Source: Lingula anatina (Eukaryota > Animalia > Brachiopoda). From it: 64,000 bases of DNA. The stretch covers positions 28,172,503 through 28,236,502 of the forward strand of contig CM120640.1 in assembly GCA_051362555.1 (NCBI GenBank). Direction: 5' to 3'. The translations under genes were made by a program, and so were the position numbers. Positions 49,944-62,431 of this stretch are shown here, in pieces; within the stretch, counting starts at the first letter, position 1; each line of letters starts with the position of its first letter. Below the pieces are notes generated by a model, which saw nothing but the letters and a program-made list of their open reading frames with translations, did no database searches and had not been told where the DNA came from.

Positions 49944-52900
49944 ATGGCGACCTCCATGGTTCGGCGAGTCTTGATACACCTACAGAAACCGAATGATGTT
50001 ACTCCAACACCTGCTAAATTTACACAGGTGAAATTAATCAGGAGTGATTTACATTATGGACAGTGGGTTTCATGCCACGAGATGAACTATCTTACGGCTG
50101 GTGCTAAAAAGGGCAGTGTCAAATGAATAAATAGAAATAATAAAATAAATAAATAAATAAATAAATAAATATAAAGAAATAGAGTTTAAAACAATAATTT
50201 AATAAATAATTAAAAAAATGCCATGCACACAAGCTAGGTCAAATACAGGGAATGTACACCTCTTATAATATTAATAATAATAATAATAATAATAATACTA
50301 ATACGTCCACTAAATATAGAAGGAAACGGTGGTCCTGACTAAAGTTACTTACATTGGAAACGATTTTTTTTTAGAAATTGTACTTGGGTGTAAGTTTTAC
50401 TGTTCAATATACTGTACCTATACATATATATGTCAAAAAACTTTCATTCATTTTTTCCGCTAAGGACTATATTCACACAAGGTGTTCTGACATTAGAAGA
50501 TTTGGCATTAAAAATTTAACTTCTTAACTATATATTTTGAATGATTTTGAAGTCAACAATTGCAATTATCCTGTTGTTTGAAGCACCAGCCTTGAGTACT
50601 AATTATAATTAACATTAATGCACTGCTCACGAGCGTAATATACAATACATTGAACACAACAGCATGCACTAGCACTGCATGCTGTTTTGTATACTGGGCA
50701 TGTGGATGGCAGTCCATTAATTTGTCATACATGCAAAGGGGAATTGTTTTAACATTATTTAGAATAGAACTTGTGAGATTCTCTCTCCATTACCTTTATA
50801 CAGGATCTTCAAAGTTCACCTTTTTTATTCATACATTGTAAGATAACTTAATATTTACCATTTCAGTGTGTTTTGGACTATTTTGGCACAACAACACCAA
50901 CAATGGAAATATCCGTTGATATGAATGAAGATCATCTAATCATATCTGATTCAAAGTATTCAGATGGCAAAAATTGTATAAGAATCAAGGTAAACCACTA
51001 TATACACATGAAAAACAGTGTGGTTGCTTTTCAAGTCCATGTACATGTGTAGACCTTTTTACATGTGTAGCAACTTGCCAGCCAGTGGTCTACTGTGCGG
51101 AGGATATTCTCAGAAATGGAAACCAGCACCTCAGTTTGGTTGAATCTACTTGAAAGACATGAGCTATACAAAATGGCATGAAAGCATTTACACTGGAAAC
51201 ATTGGTATTGTTTAAGTCATGTAAGCATATGCAAGCAATAACTGGGGGATCAGAGGTGTTTCTTTTCTGAGCTTACTGGCACCTATATGTAAATTATGTA
51301 TAAAACTAAAAGGGTGTCTTAATTACATTTATATTGTTCCTAGGTCAAGATGGATGATTTGTAACTTTGTTTTAGAAATACCAGTAGAACGTGCTTGTGG
51401 ATTGATGTTACCCTACAGTAAGAATGTTAACACAATTTGCTCATTAAATGACATGGCATTTTAACTTTTTCAGCATCCCCCTTTTTGCCCAGTGCAAAAA
51501 CTGTCTGCTGATGAGGAATCACGTCTCAGCCCAGATATTTTAAATCGAGGCATAGATGTTGGAGCAGCAGTAATTGTGGAATCTGCAGACAATAAGATCT
51601 TGTTGACAAGGAGAGCCTACCACATGAGAACATTTCCAGGTGTATGGGTGCCCCCTGGTAAGGTACAATGTGTATATTTTCCATTTCTGTACAGTTAGTG
51701 CTTCATGATAACACCATCACCTGGAGAGTACTTTTTGCAGTTTGACTTTTGCATAGAAATTGAAGTATCTGATTTAGTTTCAATGATGAAGATAAACATT
51801 AATGTATGTTATATCCAGAAATCAATCCGTTTTGTTTGTCTTTTGATAAGATGATTTTCTGCTTTTTCCATCAGGTGTTTGCTTTTTATAAGTGATTTTT
51901 TTTCAAACTGAAAACAACATTTTTTCAGGTGGTCACATAGAAGTTGGTGAACAGGTATTATATTTTACTTTATTAGAAGTAAAAGATCTGTATCTCTGAC
52001 ATTAATGTAGTATGGATATTTTAATGAAACTCATGATTTAGTGAAAAAGAGAAACATTAAAATAGTTTTTCTAAATTGATGAAAAAATATCATTTTTAAA
52101 CTTAAGAGTTTTGTCGTTTCATGTTGAAAACTTCAGTTTCAGGATGCAGGTCTTCGGGAACTGAAAGAAGAAACTGGCTTAGATATAAACCCCTCAATTT
52201 GTGAGTCTAAACAACTGACTGCGTTGGCTGCATGGGAGGTATGTTTAGATATTTTTATATGCAGATGCACATAAGTGAAAATTATCAGTTTTGTATCATG
52301 TCCAATCTTTTGTGAAACATTAAACATTTTAAGAACATAACTTGATGATTTTCCATCCGTGTATGATCTGTTTTTCCAGTCAGTATTCCCACCAAGATTA
52401 TCAAGAGGTTCACCAAAGCGCCACCATGTAGTTGTATACTTACATGCCAAGTTGGTCCAGCCTTATACTGCAGAGATTTTACAGGGTCAAATTGCTGTTG
52501 ACGATAAAGAAGTGGGGGCATATGCATGGCTCAATCGGCAAATTATTGAAGGGATTGTCGCTACAAATGAAGGGGAAGATAACCTATCAGAAAAAATTGC
52601 AAATGTCCCAGAAACTTTCCAGTATGTTATGAAAAAATAGATATAGAAAAAAAAAAGAAGATAAAAATCACATGAATATTTCTGAAGAAGGTTACATGGC
52701 GCTTAATTTTATTTTACTTAGAGGATAACAATGTAATGACTCTAGGATGACCTAGTATTCTTGCTTAATAGTCTCAGATGTGCAAAGACATTAAGAATGC
52801 ACTCTTTGAAGTCAAATTTATAAGTACTCTTTGTGTAAAACAACCTTTCTTGTCAGTGTTGCCCCTGAAGTAATGCTAACAAAACCCAATAACATTAGTT

Positions 52901-53098
52901 TGGATGATTTCATCATTTTCAAACCTTTATTTCAGTGCATCTGTGATACAGGATGGGCATACAGCACATCAGACATTCCCCACATCTAATCTTCTAGCTG
53001 TAGTCCCTGAGGATGGAAGTGACATTGAAAGAGTCAGTACAGGGACAAAGTTTGTGTTAGGAGAATGGCTCAAGCTTACAAAACAACAAGAACATTGA
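49944..53098 (+). CDS. NUDT17: Nudix hydrolase 17-like
   Basis: Exons 49944-50027, 50867-50989, 51474-51657, 51929-51954, 52137-52238, 52380-52621, 52936-53098. Motifs HPPFCP, RGIDVGAAV, LLTRRA..MRTFPGVWVPPGGH, Nudix box GGHIEVGEQFQDAGLRELKEETGL, WESVFPP.LSRG.PKRHHVVVY, ERVSTGTKF. Confidence 0.88.
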
Positions 53099-54552
53099 AT
53101 GTCCAACTTGTGATATCCATAAATTGCATAAATGCAGGCAATATACATAGTATTCAGAATGTGCAATATTAGATAATTACAAGATTTTAAATAATTTTTG
53201 TCTTTCTTTTTGTTGCCAAAAATGTATATTTCATTAATATAATGCTACATTGCTACACAGTTGTCTCGATATATTTTAAATACAGACTTGACATTTAATA
53301 TGGAGTATTTTTTCAGTCTTTTTTTCTTTAATTTTTACCTCCTTTTCTGACTTATAAATGAAAACAAGAATTAAAACATTGTTTTAATAACCTAAAATAA
53401 TGAATGCAGTTTAATTGTGACGTCAGCTATTTAATGGAATTCACATAATTGAGCAAACAAAAATACATGGCTAATTGTAATTCGTACAACAACCAATGAA
53501 AGCATTATTTCAATCTCCACATTTTCAAAATGATCATCTGTGAAAGTGTTATGTTTCACAAAAGATGCTCCTATCAAAGTCTAGTTACAGTAACGGTCAG
53601 TGATGTGTCTGGCCTCATCTGGCTACTACAAGGGCTCTAAAGTGGCAAGGTATTGCTTCTAATGTTTTTTTTTTTTTTTAGTTTGAACTGGAATTATATG
53701 GCACCAATATGAATTCCGCCCAAAATACAGATGCTTCCACTGCCCAAAGTGAATTTATTTTTATTTGTATTTATTAAAGCTAAAACATGTATTTAGAAAA
53801 AAACAATCTACTTAATCTTGTCATTTTAGAATAGGTAAAAAAATAGGCATGTTTATTTTGTATGTTACGTGTACTGCTATATTTATATTTACATATACTG
53901 AGGGAAAGAGGGAGAGTTGGTGTGCATTTGTTTGATTCACTGGTTCAAACTTCTATATTGCTGGTTTTAAACTTTTATGCAAGATTGTCCTTTTTTTGCT
54001 ATAGAATAAAAAAATTAGTATTATAAATACGGCATCCACATTAGTTGAAATAATACTGTTGATGGCATTATTTATTTTTATTTTTTTATCAATTGTACCA
54101 GCCAAGTTTTTGTTAATTATACACACTAGTACTCCAGGAAAAGTGTATGCTGACCAAATGTGCTTTATGTACATATAGATGTTTATATGTACGTTACTGC
54201 TATCTAAAAAAATTAACAATTATGATTTCCTAGAATTTTAAAGTTAATAATATGGAGGGTGAGAACTTGAGCGTCTGATGAAAAGCATAACAGTAAACAA
54301 TTGTAACAGATGGTGTTCTAAGAAGCAACTGCAGCACTGCCAGATGCTTATAAAAATTTATTTTCCGATGAATTCCATAACATAAATCAGCAGGGCACAT
54401 AAGCAGAGTTAACTTGAATGTACAACAAGCATGCTTCTAAAATTTCTCTTAAAAAAACAATGCATTTTAAAATTTGTCTCAATAGCCAAAGAGGTGTCAC
54501 AAACCCTCAAAATCTAAACCAGTATTCTGGCAGTTCCATAATATACTTAAAA

Positions 54553-56924
54553 TTAATGCATATCTATAAAGTCTAAAAGAGTTGCAGGCACATTTCCTTT
54601 GTATGGAATTTTCTTTTCTTTGATTGCTTTCGCGGCAAGACACTTCAAACTAAGAGACCTCTGTGTCTTCAGTATAATCTCAGCAACCCCAGTGGTAGAG
54701 TAGTCCTCAGCAGTTAAACCTCTTCCATTCACTCTGTCAATGTGCGCTCCATACTCCAGTAATGAGGTAATAATACTGTGCAATGTAATGAAATGACTAA
54801 TGGGACGATTATACCTCACAATGACATGAAGTGCTGTGTTGCCTTGGTTGTCAACTGCATCCACCTGGCTGCCACATTTGAGTAAAAGGCGAAGTAGGCC
54901 TGCATTGGGAAACTTCACCACATCGTTAACGTGAAAGTCATCAACTAGTGTGCCATGATCTGCAACCATGTGTAATGGCCTGTATCCATTCTTTAAGGAG
55001 ACATCAAGTTGGTTGAAAGAGTACACCAGGCTGCACAGTTGAAAATCTTGCTCTTTAGTAAGACTGACTTTAGTGACAATGACCAGCAGATACAGTGTTG
55101 TGTGGATATTGCAATCAATCAAGTCACGAACAGCAGCTTTCTCATCTTCTGTTGCTGTATTGAACATGTCAAAGTTGTGCTTCAGTTCTGAGATAGCATA
55201 TTCTAACACGACTTGAACACTAGGAAAATCGAGATTCACTCCCACATGAATCATTTGCGAAAATACTTGGGCAAATCGTAACAAGTCTTTGCTAATTGTT
55301 CTATTGTTTTTCTTGCGTAGTCTCATAGCATGCATCCAGAGTGCAATGCACCTGTCAAACCGCGCGGAATCTGCAAATACTGCACCCCTAAATATCACTG
55401 GGTGTGGGATGTCTGGATTATCTGAGCCCAAGATTCTCTCCCTAAGAACCAATGCCTCCATATGAAGCTCATTGTGATCATACTGAATTTCTTGTAACTG
55501 CTTCATGGTTTGACATTCTTTGTGGTTTTCATAGGCTTCGATAGGTGGCATGACAAATTTAAAGATAATGTTTTCAGGATCACTATGTCTTTCCGTCATA
55601 GCATGCCACATGTAACTGTAGGCTTTCCTCAGATCATAACTGTCTTTATCATTAGCATAAGAAGCTCCAAGGAGTTCTAATGCCTCAATACGTTCTAGCT
55701 TGGAACAGTCTTCATGACTGACAAGAAACTCAACTACAGCATTTTGGCAGCTTTCAGCAGACACCATCAAGGGGGTCATTCCGTGGTCATTTTTTACCTG
55801 AACTGCTTTAAATCGCAATAACTCTTTTACTATCTCTAGATGCCCCATTTCTGCAGCAAAGTGAAGTGCTGTGGCCCCACAGTGGGCTCTGCAATCAGGA
55901 TCTGCTTTTTGCTCTAGGAGATAAGTGACCACATCTTTGTGACCTTTATAAGAGGCAATCATGAGACAGGTATTGTTGTACTTATTGGCCACATGAATGT
56001 TGGCTTGGTGTTCCACCAGGTATTTGACTATGTCCAGCCTCCCATCAAAACAGGCAGCTCTCAGTGGTGTAGAATTGGTGAGAGTGGGGTGGTTGACATC
56101 AGTGCCTGCCTCTATCAGGGTTTGAACAACATCAAATTTCCCAGCACCTGCGGCACACCATAAGGCTGTGGCACTTTCTATTACATAGCCATCAAATTTC
56201 ACTGTACCTAAAAAAAGGCACAAAATTTTTTATAGTTTGAATGAAGCAGGCACAAGATTTAATATATGTAGTGGGTCTGTTTTCTTTACATAATGGGCAC
56301 TGTCTCCTTATTAATGTTAAAATCTGGCAGGAATTAGTTTAATACCTACATAATTTATTTATTTATTGTTATAGACTTATTATTTTGCTGGTAATTGGTG
56401 TGTCAAATATCAGAAAGCGGTATAATTCATCATTCATATACAGATATTTCCAAATGCTATGTGGAACATTTTGAAATACACATAGATCTAGTCATTTCAG
56501 GGGAGCTTAACAACAGCAAATTATTTCTATATGTATACCAAGTTTATAAGTCAATGTCTCCTAACAGCAGGTGAGTTCCTATATTTCTATTCCTATTTAA
56601 AGCGTACGATCCCACATAACATGCTTATTCATAGAACTGTAATTGTCTTGTTTTTCTCAATTGCTGATACGTGAAGAGCATCATACCTGCTTGTTCTAGA
56701 TCAACCTGGAAATGGCTAAGAATCGTCTTGATCACTTTATCATGTCCATTTTTAGCTGCAATAATAAGGGGAGTCACCCGCTGTCCATCTTCCTCCGTAA
56801 CATGTTCTAGTGCATCCTTTATCTCATCCATGTTTTTGCTGCACAGGATAGCGAACATAGAGATTGCCATGCCATCTCTGGCTGCAGCATATACCCGTTC
56901 ACGTAAAGTCCCCCCAGTGTCCAT
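54553..56924 (-). CDS. FEM1B: Protein fem-1 homolog B (CRL2 substrate receptor; ankyrin/TPR repeats and VHL box)
   Basis: Two exons, 56924-56687 and 56207-54553. FEM1B-specific stretches GQRVTPLIIAAKNGH, GTVKFDGYVIESATALWCAAGAG, AHCGATALHFAAE, DDFHVNDVVKFP; C-terminal SLKCLAA BC/VHL box. Confidence 0.93.
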
Positions 56925-57004
56925 ATTACACCAAATCTGGTTGCTTGATTTAAACTATAATTCCTACATCTCTGTCATCAGTCAGTGAAATTTGATTGGC
57001 ATTC

Positions 57005-57016
57005 TGCGCAAGCGCA
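57005..57016. promoter_or_regulatory. NRF1-like site in the FEM1B/CLN6 divergent promoter
   Basis: TGCGCAAGCGCA (11/12 match to TGCGCATGCGCA) 80 bp upstream of the FEM1B ATG. Confidence 0.5.
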
Positions 57017-57119
57017 CGTCGCTTGGGAACGAGGCACAATGAATTCAACACGAGACTCGGAATCCCCTCTGCGGGAATTTAAAACATTATGTCCCGTGGC
57101 CAGTAGTCCTGCTTTCCAA

Positions 57120-57240
57120 CAATTTTTTCAACAATTTTTTTAGATTTAGTCTTTTCATTCACTTGTTTATGTTGTTTATAATTTTAGTAAAAGTGTGGTT
57201 ACTGGAAAGACTAAATCTGAAAAAATTGTTGAAAAAATTG
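57120..57240. repeat. Inverted repeat with ~34-bp arms and ~50-bp spacer
   Basis: caattttttcaacaatttttttagatttagtcttt versus aaagactaaatctgaaaaaattgttgaaaaaattg. Confidence 0.75.
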
Positions 57241-57694
57241 GTTTTGAAATGTTTTTATTAACTTTAATCGTTCAATTTTATCAGACACTTTTTAATAAAG
57301 TACAGAAAACACCCTCGAGACTACTATACAATGTACTGGCTTGGGTCAAGTGAGAGGAAATTTATTTGCATAAGGTTCACGGTTGATTAAAATATTGTGA
57401 CTAGGCTGGTAGACGAATAGTTTTTACAGGTGTAGGCCAATGATAATTTCAGGAGTGTAAGGTAGGCCCACATGTACTATTCATTTATTCAAATGAGGTC
57501 TTCTTATATAAGAGAACGTTAGAAGTTCTTGTTCATTCACCCAAGAGTCACCGTATAGCAAACGTTTACAGTGTATGTTGACCATTATTTTTTTATTTGC
57601 ATAAGTGTATGCTTAACTTCAGTTTTATTTTTACAATAAAATTTACTGGGCTCTAGCACGTTTTGCTACGGCTGGCTTATGAATAGATGAATTA

Positions 57695-57951
57695 GGCTTC
57701 GTTCACATGCAATGTCTACTTTCTAAATTCTATTTTCTATTCGCGCTATCTTATGATCACTGTCTGTGCACTGAATATCCCGCCGCGTAATTACTGGCAG
57801 CGCGAGCCAGTTACTTATAGTAACTTATAGTAACTGGCTCGCGCTGCCAGTAATTACGCGGCGGGATATTCAGTGCACAGACCGTGATCATAAGACATGC
57901 CGCAAATAGAAAATAGAATTTAGAAAATAGACATTGCATGTGAACGAAGCC
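57695..57951. mobile_element. Fully palindromic 257-bp MITE with TTA TSD (PIF/Harbinger-like)
   Basis: TTA|ggcttcgttcacatgcaatgtcta ... tagacattgcatgtgaacgaagcc|TTA; arms of ~120 bp pair almost to the centre (gttacttatagtaacttatagtaac). Confidence 0.88.
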
Positions 57952-58712
57952 TTAGAACAAAAAGGAAGAGCTCAAGTTTTATAAAGGTATTCTAATTATA
58001 ATAATCGAGTAGTAGTAAGCTAATGCAACCAGTGAAAAGCCATTGCTACAACTCGTGATCTGTTCTTTATTGAAACGTCCTGCACGAAAAAGAACGTATT
58101 TTCCCTGAAGTCTCCAAGTTCGCGCCCATGAATTCATTGCTTTCGAAATGGGAGAGAATGATAAAAAGGGGTTTAACTGGTTATATGCCACTGTTTCAAG
58201 CAAAATTTAGCTAGTAAGTTCATCTGTTCGTTGCTTTTTACGTCGCTGTTATATAATAAGGTAATTTGTACAGTAGGAAAATCACCTTCAAATGCTTATC
58301 GCATATCTCTAAAGTGTTATGCATAGGGCCTATCTTATTGCAAACGTAAGCACAGGGGTGCATATTTAGTCATGGCTTCAGTTAGATTAAGGAAACAAGG
58401 GCTAGGCAATCGTGTCAGGTATACCATTCCTTAATGATATTCAAATGTTTTATTTCATGTGTTGGTAACAGTATATCTTTTTAATGTTTCACCTTACACT
58501 ATACGAATGCATCCCTACATGGGTGCTATATCTTATCCAATTCAACAAGCAGATGGTGAGCTTTTCTGTCAAATTTTAAATTAATGGTCAGTCACAAGTG
58601 TTAAATCTGAGCCTGAGGGTATTATCAGACGAGTTATGTAATTTTGATTTCAAACTTGAAACTATTGCCTGTATATTTAGAATATTTATTTATGACTTAA
58701 CGCTTATTACAG

Positions 58713-61700
58713 TTTTGCCAAAAACGAAAATACGCTGTCACCTGAGAAGACTGTCAAGGTTCACAGTGGCAAAAATGGCTTTCACACTGACATCTGGTTA
58801 ATCCTTATGATAGAGAATTGGATCTTGGATTTTGGAAGGCCCATTGCGATGGTAAAAACCCATACCTATTATTTCATGTTCAAGGGGTTTATCAACGTAA
58901 AGTGATTGATATATCTTGACCTTTAAATTCCCTTTAGTTACGTTGTAATGCAGATAGTAGGCCTACTGTATAATTGTAGCAACCTGAACCCACATCGATA
59001 AGCATAGCGTGGCTGTGGGTGCGTTTCTATTCATGTTGGGTCGACCTAACCTAGTGAGTTCTTTCTCAGCAGCCCGTGTGATTTCATTTCCTAACCGTCA
59101 ATTTAACAACACGCAACTGGCCTTAATTACAATAGTGGTGGACAGGACAACCGACAGATTAGTTTTGCTCCCTATGATGAACTGATCATCATCAAAAGGC
59201 GTACCGGGTACTCTTACATTTGGTCAGCTGAAACTGTGTTCACCTATTAGTGTGACCAAGTTCGCATAGTTGTTATCTGTAGATATCAACGCCTGACACC
59301 ATTTTGAAAATTCCTCCTATATGCGATAGCCATATTTGAAGTTGGCGCTTGAAGCACATAACAAATAAATTTCTTCTGCGCTTTTGTATTAGAGAATGCG
59401 CACATGGAAATATAATTCTTTTTATATAATTTTCACTTTAAATATGGCTATCGAATATAGTAGGATTTTTCAAAATGGTGTCAGAAGTGGCTGTTCAGCA
59501 GAAAGTGTGACGTTGAGACAATTTGTACCAGAACAATCCTCAAATGATGGGTGAACTGTGAGGAGCAATCACAGCAAAAACCAGAGAAATTCCGAAGGAG
59601 GAAAGTGTTTGAGAAATTAAATTTTTTTTGCGAGTCTGCATCAATGCCTCGGAAGCGAACAAGAAAACTGAAACTTTTGGGAATGATCATGCACATATTA
59701 AGTCTAGCGAAGTAGAATTTATTAACATTTTATGGGCTTTTTTTTTTTTTTGGGGGGGGGGGGGTCACCATTTACTGAAATAAACACAGCGTCAATAAAC
59801 ACTTGTTTGATCTCAGTGACACCGAAGTATAGTTTGAGCAGTATTTATCTCGCTTGTTAACTTAAATGCCACTGAATGGATGTATGGTAATTATTCAACG
59901 TTTCAGTTGCTAAGAGGAATTTCATCTACTGTATGTTACAGACGTGGGTGCCGTTAGAATTGTCTCCGCTGAATCAGCCAAGCATTGGAGACGTCTTTCA
60001 CATGGCGTACAACGTGATTACGCCATATTGTCTATTAAAGGTAATATAAAAATTTATTTTCAAGAGCATTTTGAAATCGCAACCCCTTTTAGATGTATAC
60101 ATGTTCTTAGGGTTCATAATTTCAGCAATTGCGGAAGGGTTATACTATTAGCGCAATTTTAGATATAAAGTAACGGTTATTGCGTAAGCTTCCATTATAA
60201 AAAGATGCACTAATTCCACTTTTTCATCAAAGTGCGAAAATATCTGTCTCATCACACGTAATTTACGAATGATGAAATACATGATTGATTGTTAATATAC
60301 CGGGGAAATATCTTTTTTATCTCGGTGTTTGATTGAGGCGCTGATTGCGATTCCAGAAGTATATTTCCTCGAAATTGAGTATTCATTTTAATATTATTTA
60401 TTTTTGGCAAAAAGGATACCTCATAAAATAAATGAGATAAACTATCACAATACACACTGACAATACACGCACATAATTGTTATCCGTAAGACAGGAGTTG
60501 GATCAACTAACACATTTCAGATCTTGTTCCCACTGTTATTTCATTAAGAAGTGTGTAGCACTATGTTAGCTGTGATACGACAGATATTTATAGGAGGTGA
60601 AACTTTGACTTGTGCTCTCTTTGACGGCTTCATGATAATTTTGAAAAAGAATACTTACCTTATAATTTTGAAGGACTGATTCTTGTCATTTCTTTACTCC
60701 AGAACCGATGTTTAAAAAGTGTTTTTTTTTTTCAAACAAAGAGTTAAAATGCAGGGTTATGTCCACCTCACCACATTATTGTGTTACTTAAAGTATATAA
60801 CGCAGATGATGAAATTATTAAACTGTTTTCAGCTTTTAGAACGAAGTCACCGTAAAATCCCGACAAGCTTCAGTTACCTTACTGTCATAGTGTTCGTTAT
60901 GGGAGCTAGTATCCACTTAGTTGGAGATTCCATTAACCACAGGCTTATTCACAGTGGCTACCAACTCCACTTGTCGGTCAGGGATAATCCTATTATGCAG
61001 AAGCTGGAGCCAAAGTCACTGGTATTACTTTATGTCTTAGAAGTTACGATGATGCCAAATCTTATTCTTATATTTTTGTTATTGGTGTTATTAGTTATTT
61101 TCAAAACATCGATAACAACATACCTATACATTTTCACTCTAACCATTTAATATGTTTAGTAACAAATTACATCAGTGCACTTTAACTTTGAGAAAAAATA
61201 GGCACACTATTTTTCTTCATGTTCAGTTGTATGTCTATTTTATTTCTAAAGTTACATCTTTCAGATCGACTCATTCGAACTGCTTTATATGTATGATGAA
61301 GAAATTGGGCACTGGATGTGGTAAGATGTGTTCTGTAATTGTAATAAGACGCAAAACAATTATTTTTTCTGATTTGTTGATCTACATGGCCTGCAAAAGA
61401 TAGCATGTGCGAAGCATGAAAATTTACGAGTTAGCACTCCTATTTACTCTTTTTGACTTGCAACTACATGTATATGCGCTAACATAATACATGTTGAAAA
61501 GCGTAAAAAGGAGTGTTAACGCATGTATTTTCGTGCCAAGATATGTTTTGTTAAAGCACAAATTGCAGATGATTTAAATATTAATAATTTTTGGAGAATC
61601 CTGAAATATTTTGTCGTTGTAGGTATGTGCCGTTTTTCGTTGCCCTCTACCTTTACTTCATTGGCTGCTTTGCCAAAAAGACCATGCAACTTGAGGCGAG

Positions 61701-62431
61701 GAACGCTGGGATGAACATTACTGCATGGCTGCTCGTGTTACCCAGTGCGCTGTACTATTGGTGAGTCAATGACTCTTAGACTTGACTGAAAAATAGTCGT
61801 CATTTAAAGCTTGCAATTACACATCTCCCAGACCTGCATTAGCATACTAGATACTAGATACGTGTTAGACAGTTGCGTTCATCTTTTAACTCCAAATAAC
61901 TAAGGTATTTTGTCAAGCAACTACTGCCCCCTTTCATTTTACACTGAACTCCCGTGTTATTTTTGTGCAATTCTAATCGGTCAGTTATTTACTAGGAGCC
62001 TTATTTTTTTACTGACCTATAATGGTATGGTTCTTAAAATTATTAAAACACAAACACCAGTTAACGGGATTTGTCAAAAAATTAATTTCTTTCTTTTTTT
62101 TTGGCATTTTTATACGTTTTGAAAAGCATTTTGCGATTATTGTTTTTATGTTTCTAGGTACCTTGTCACCGAAGGGCAGATATTTCCATTATTTTTGATT
62201 TACTACGGGTTAAGCATTGCACTCATCCTGTACGAAAGAGCGAAGGGAGAATGCTTTCTTGACGTCAACGGGAGGTTTTTGATGTACACATTCACTGTCA
62301 CTTTGTTACTTGTTGCATTGTGGATTGGCTGGTTATGGTCAGACAGAGTGATGAGACAGAAATATCCAGGATTTTTTTATGTGCCTGAACCATGGGCATA
62401 TTATACTGCCAATTTTAAAGTTCTACATTAA
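58713..62431 (+). CDS. CLN6: Ceroid-lipofuscinosis neuronal protein 6 homolog (ER membrane protein); start exon not identified
   Basis: Exons 58713-58851, 59942-60040, 60833-61021, 61265-61320, 61623-61760, 62158-62431. Motifs FHTDIW...[97 protein letters not shown]. Confidence 0.9.

Noticed and set aside
59165-59240. Possible intronic C/D box snoRNA in CLN6 (ATGATGA ... CTGA, ~60 nt)
   Set aside because: The terminal stem is weak and offset, and I recognise no rRNA or snRNA antisense element; chance occurrence is likely.
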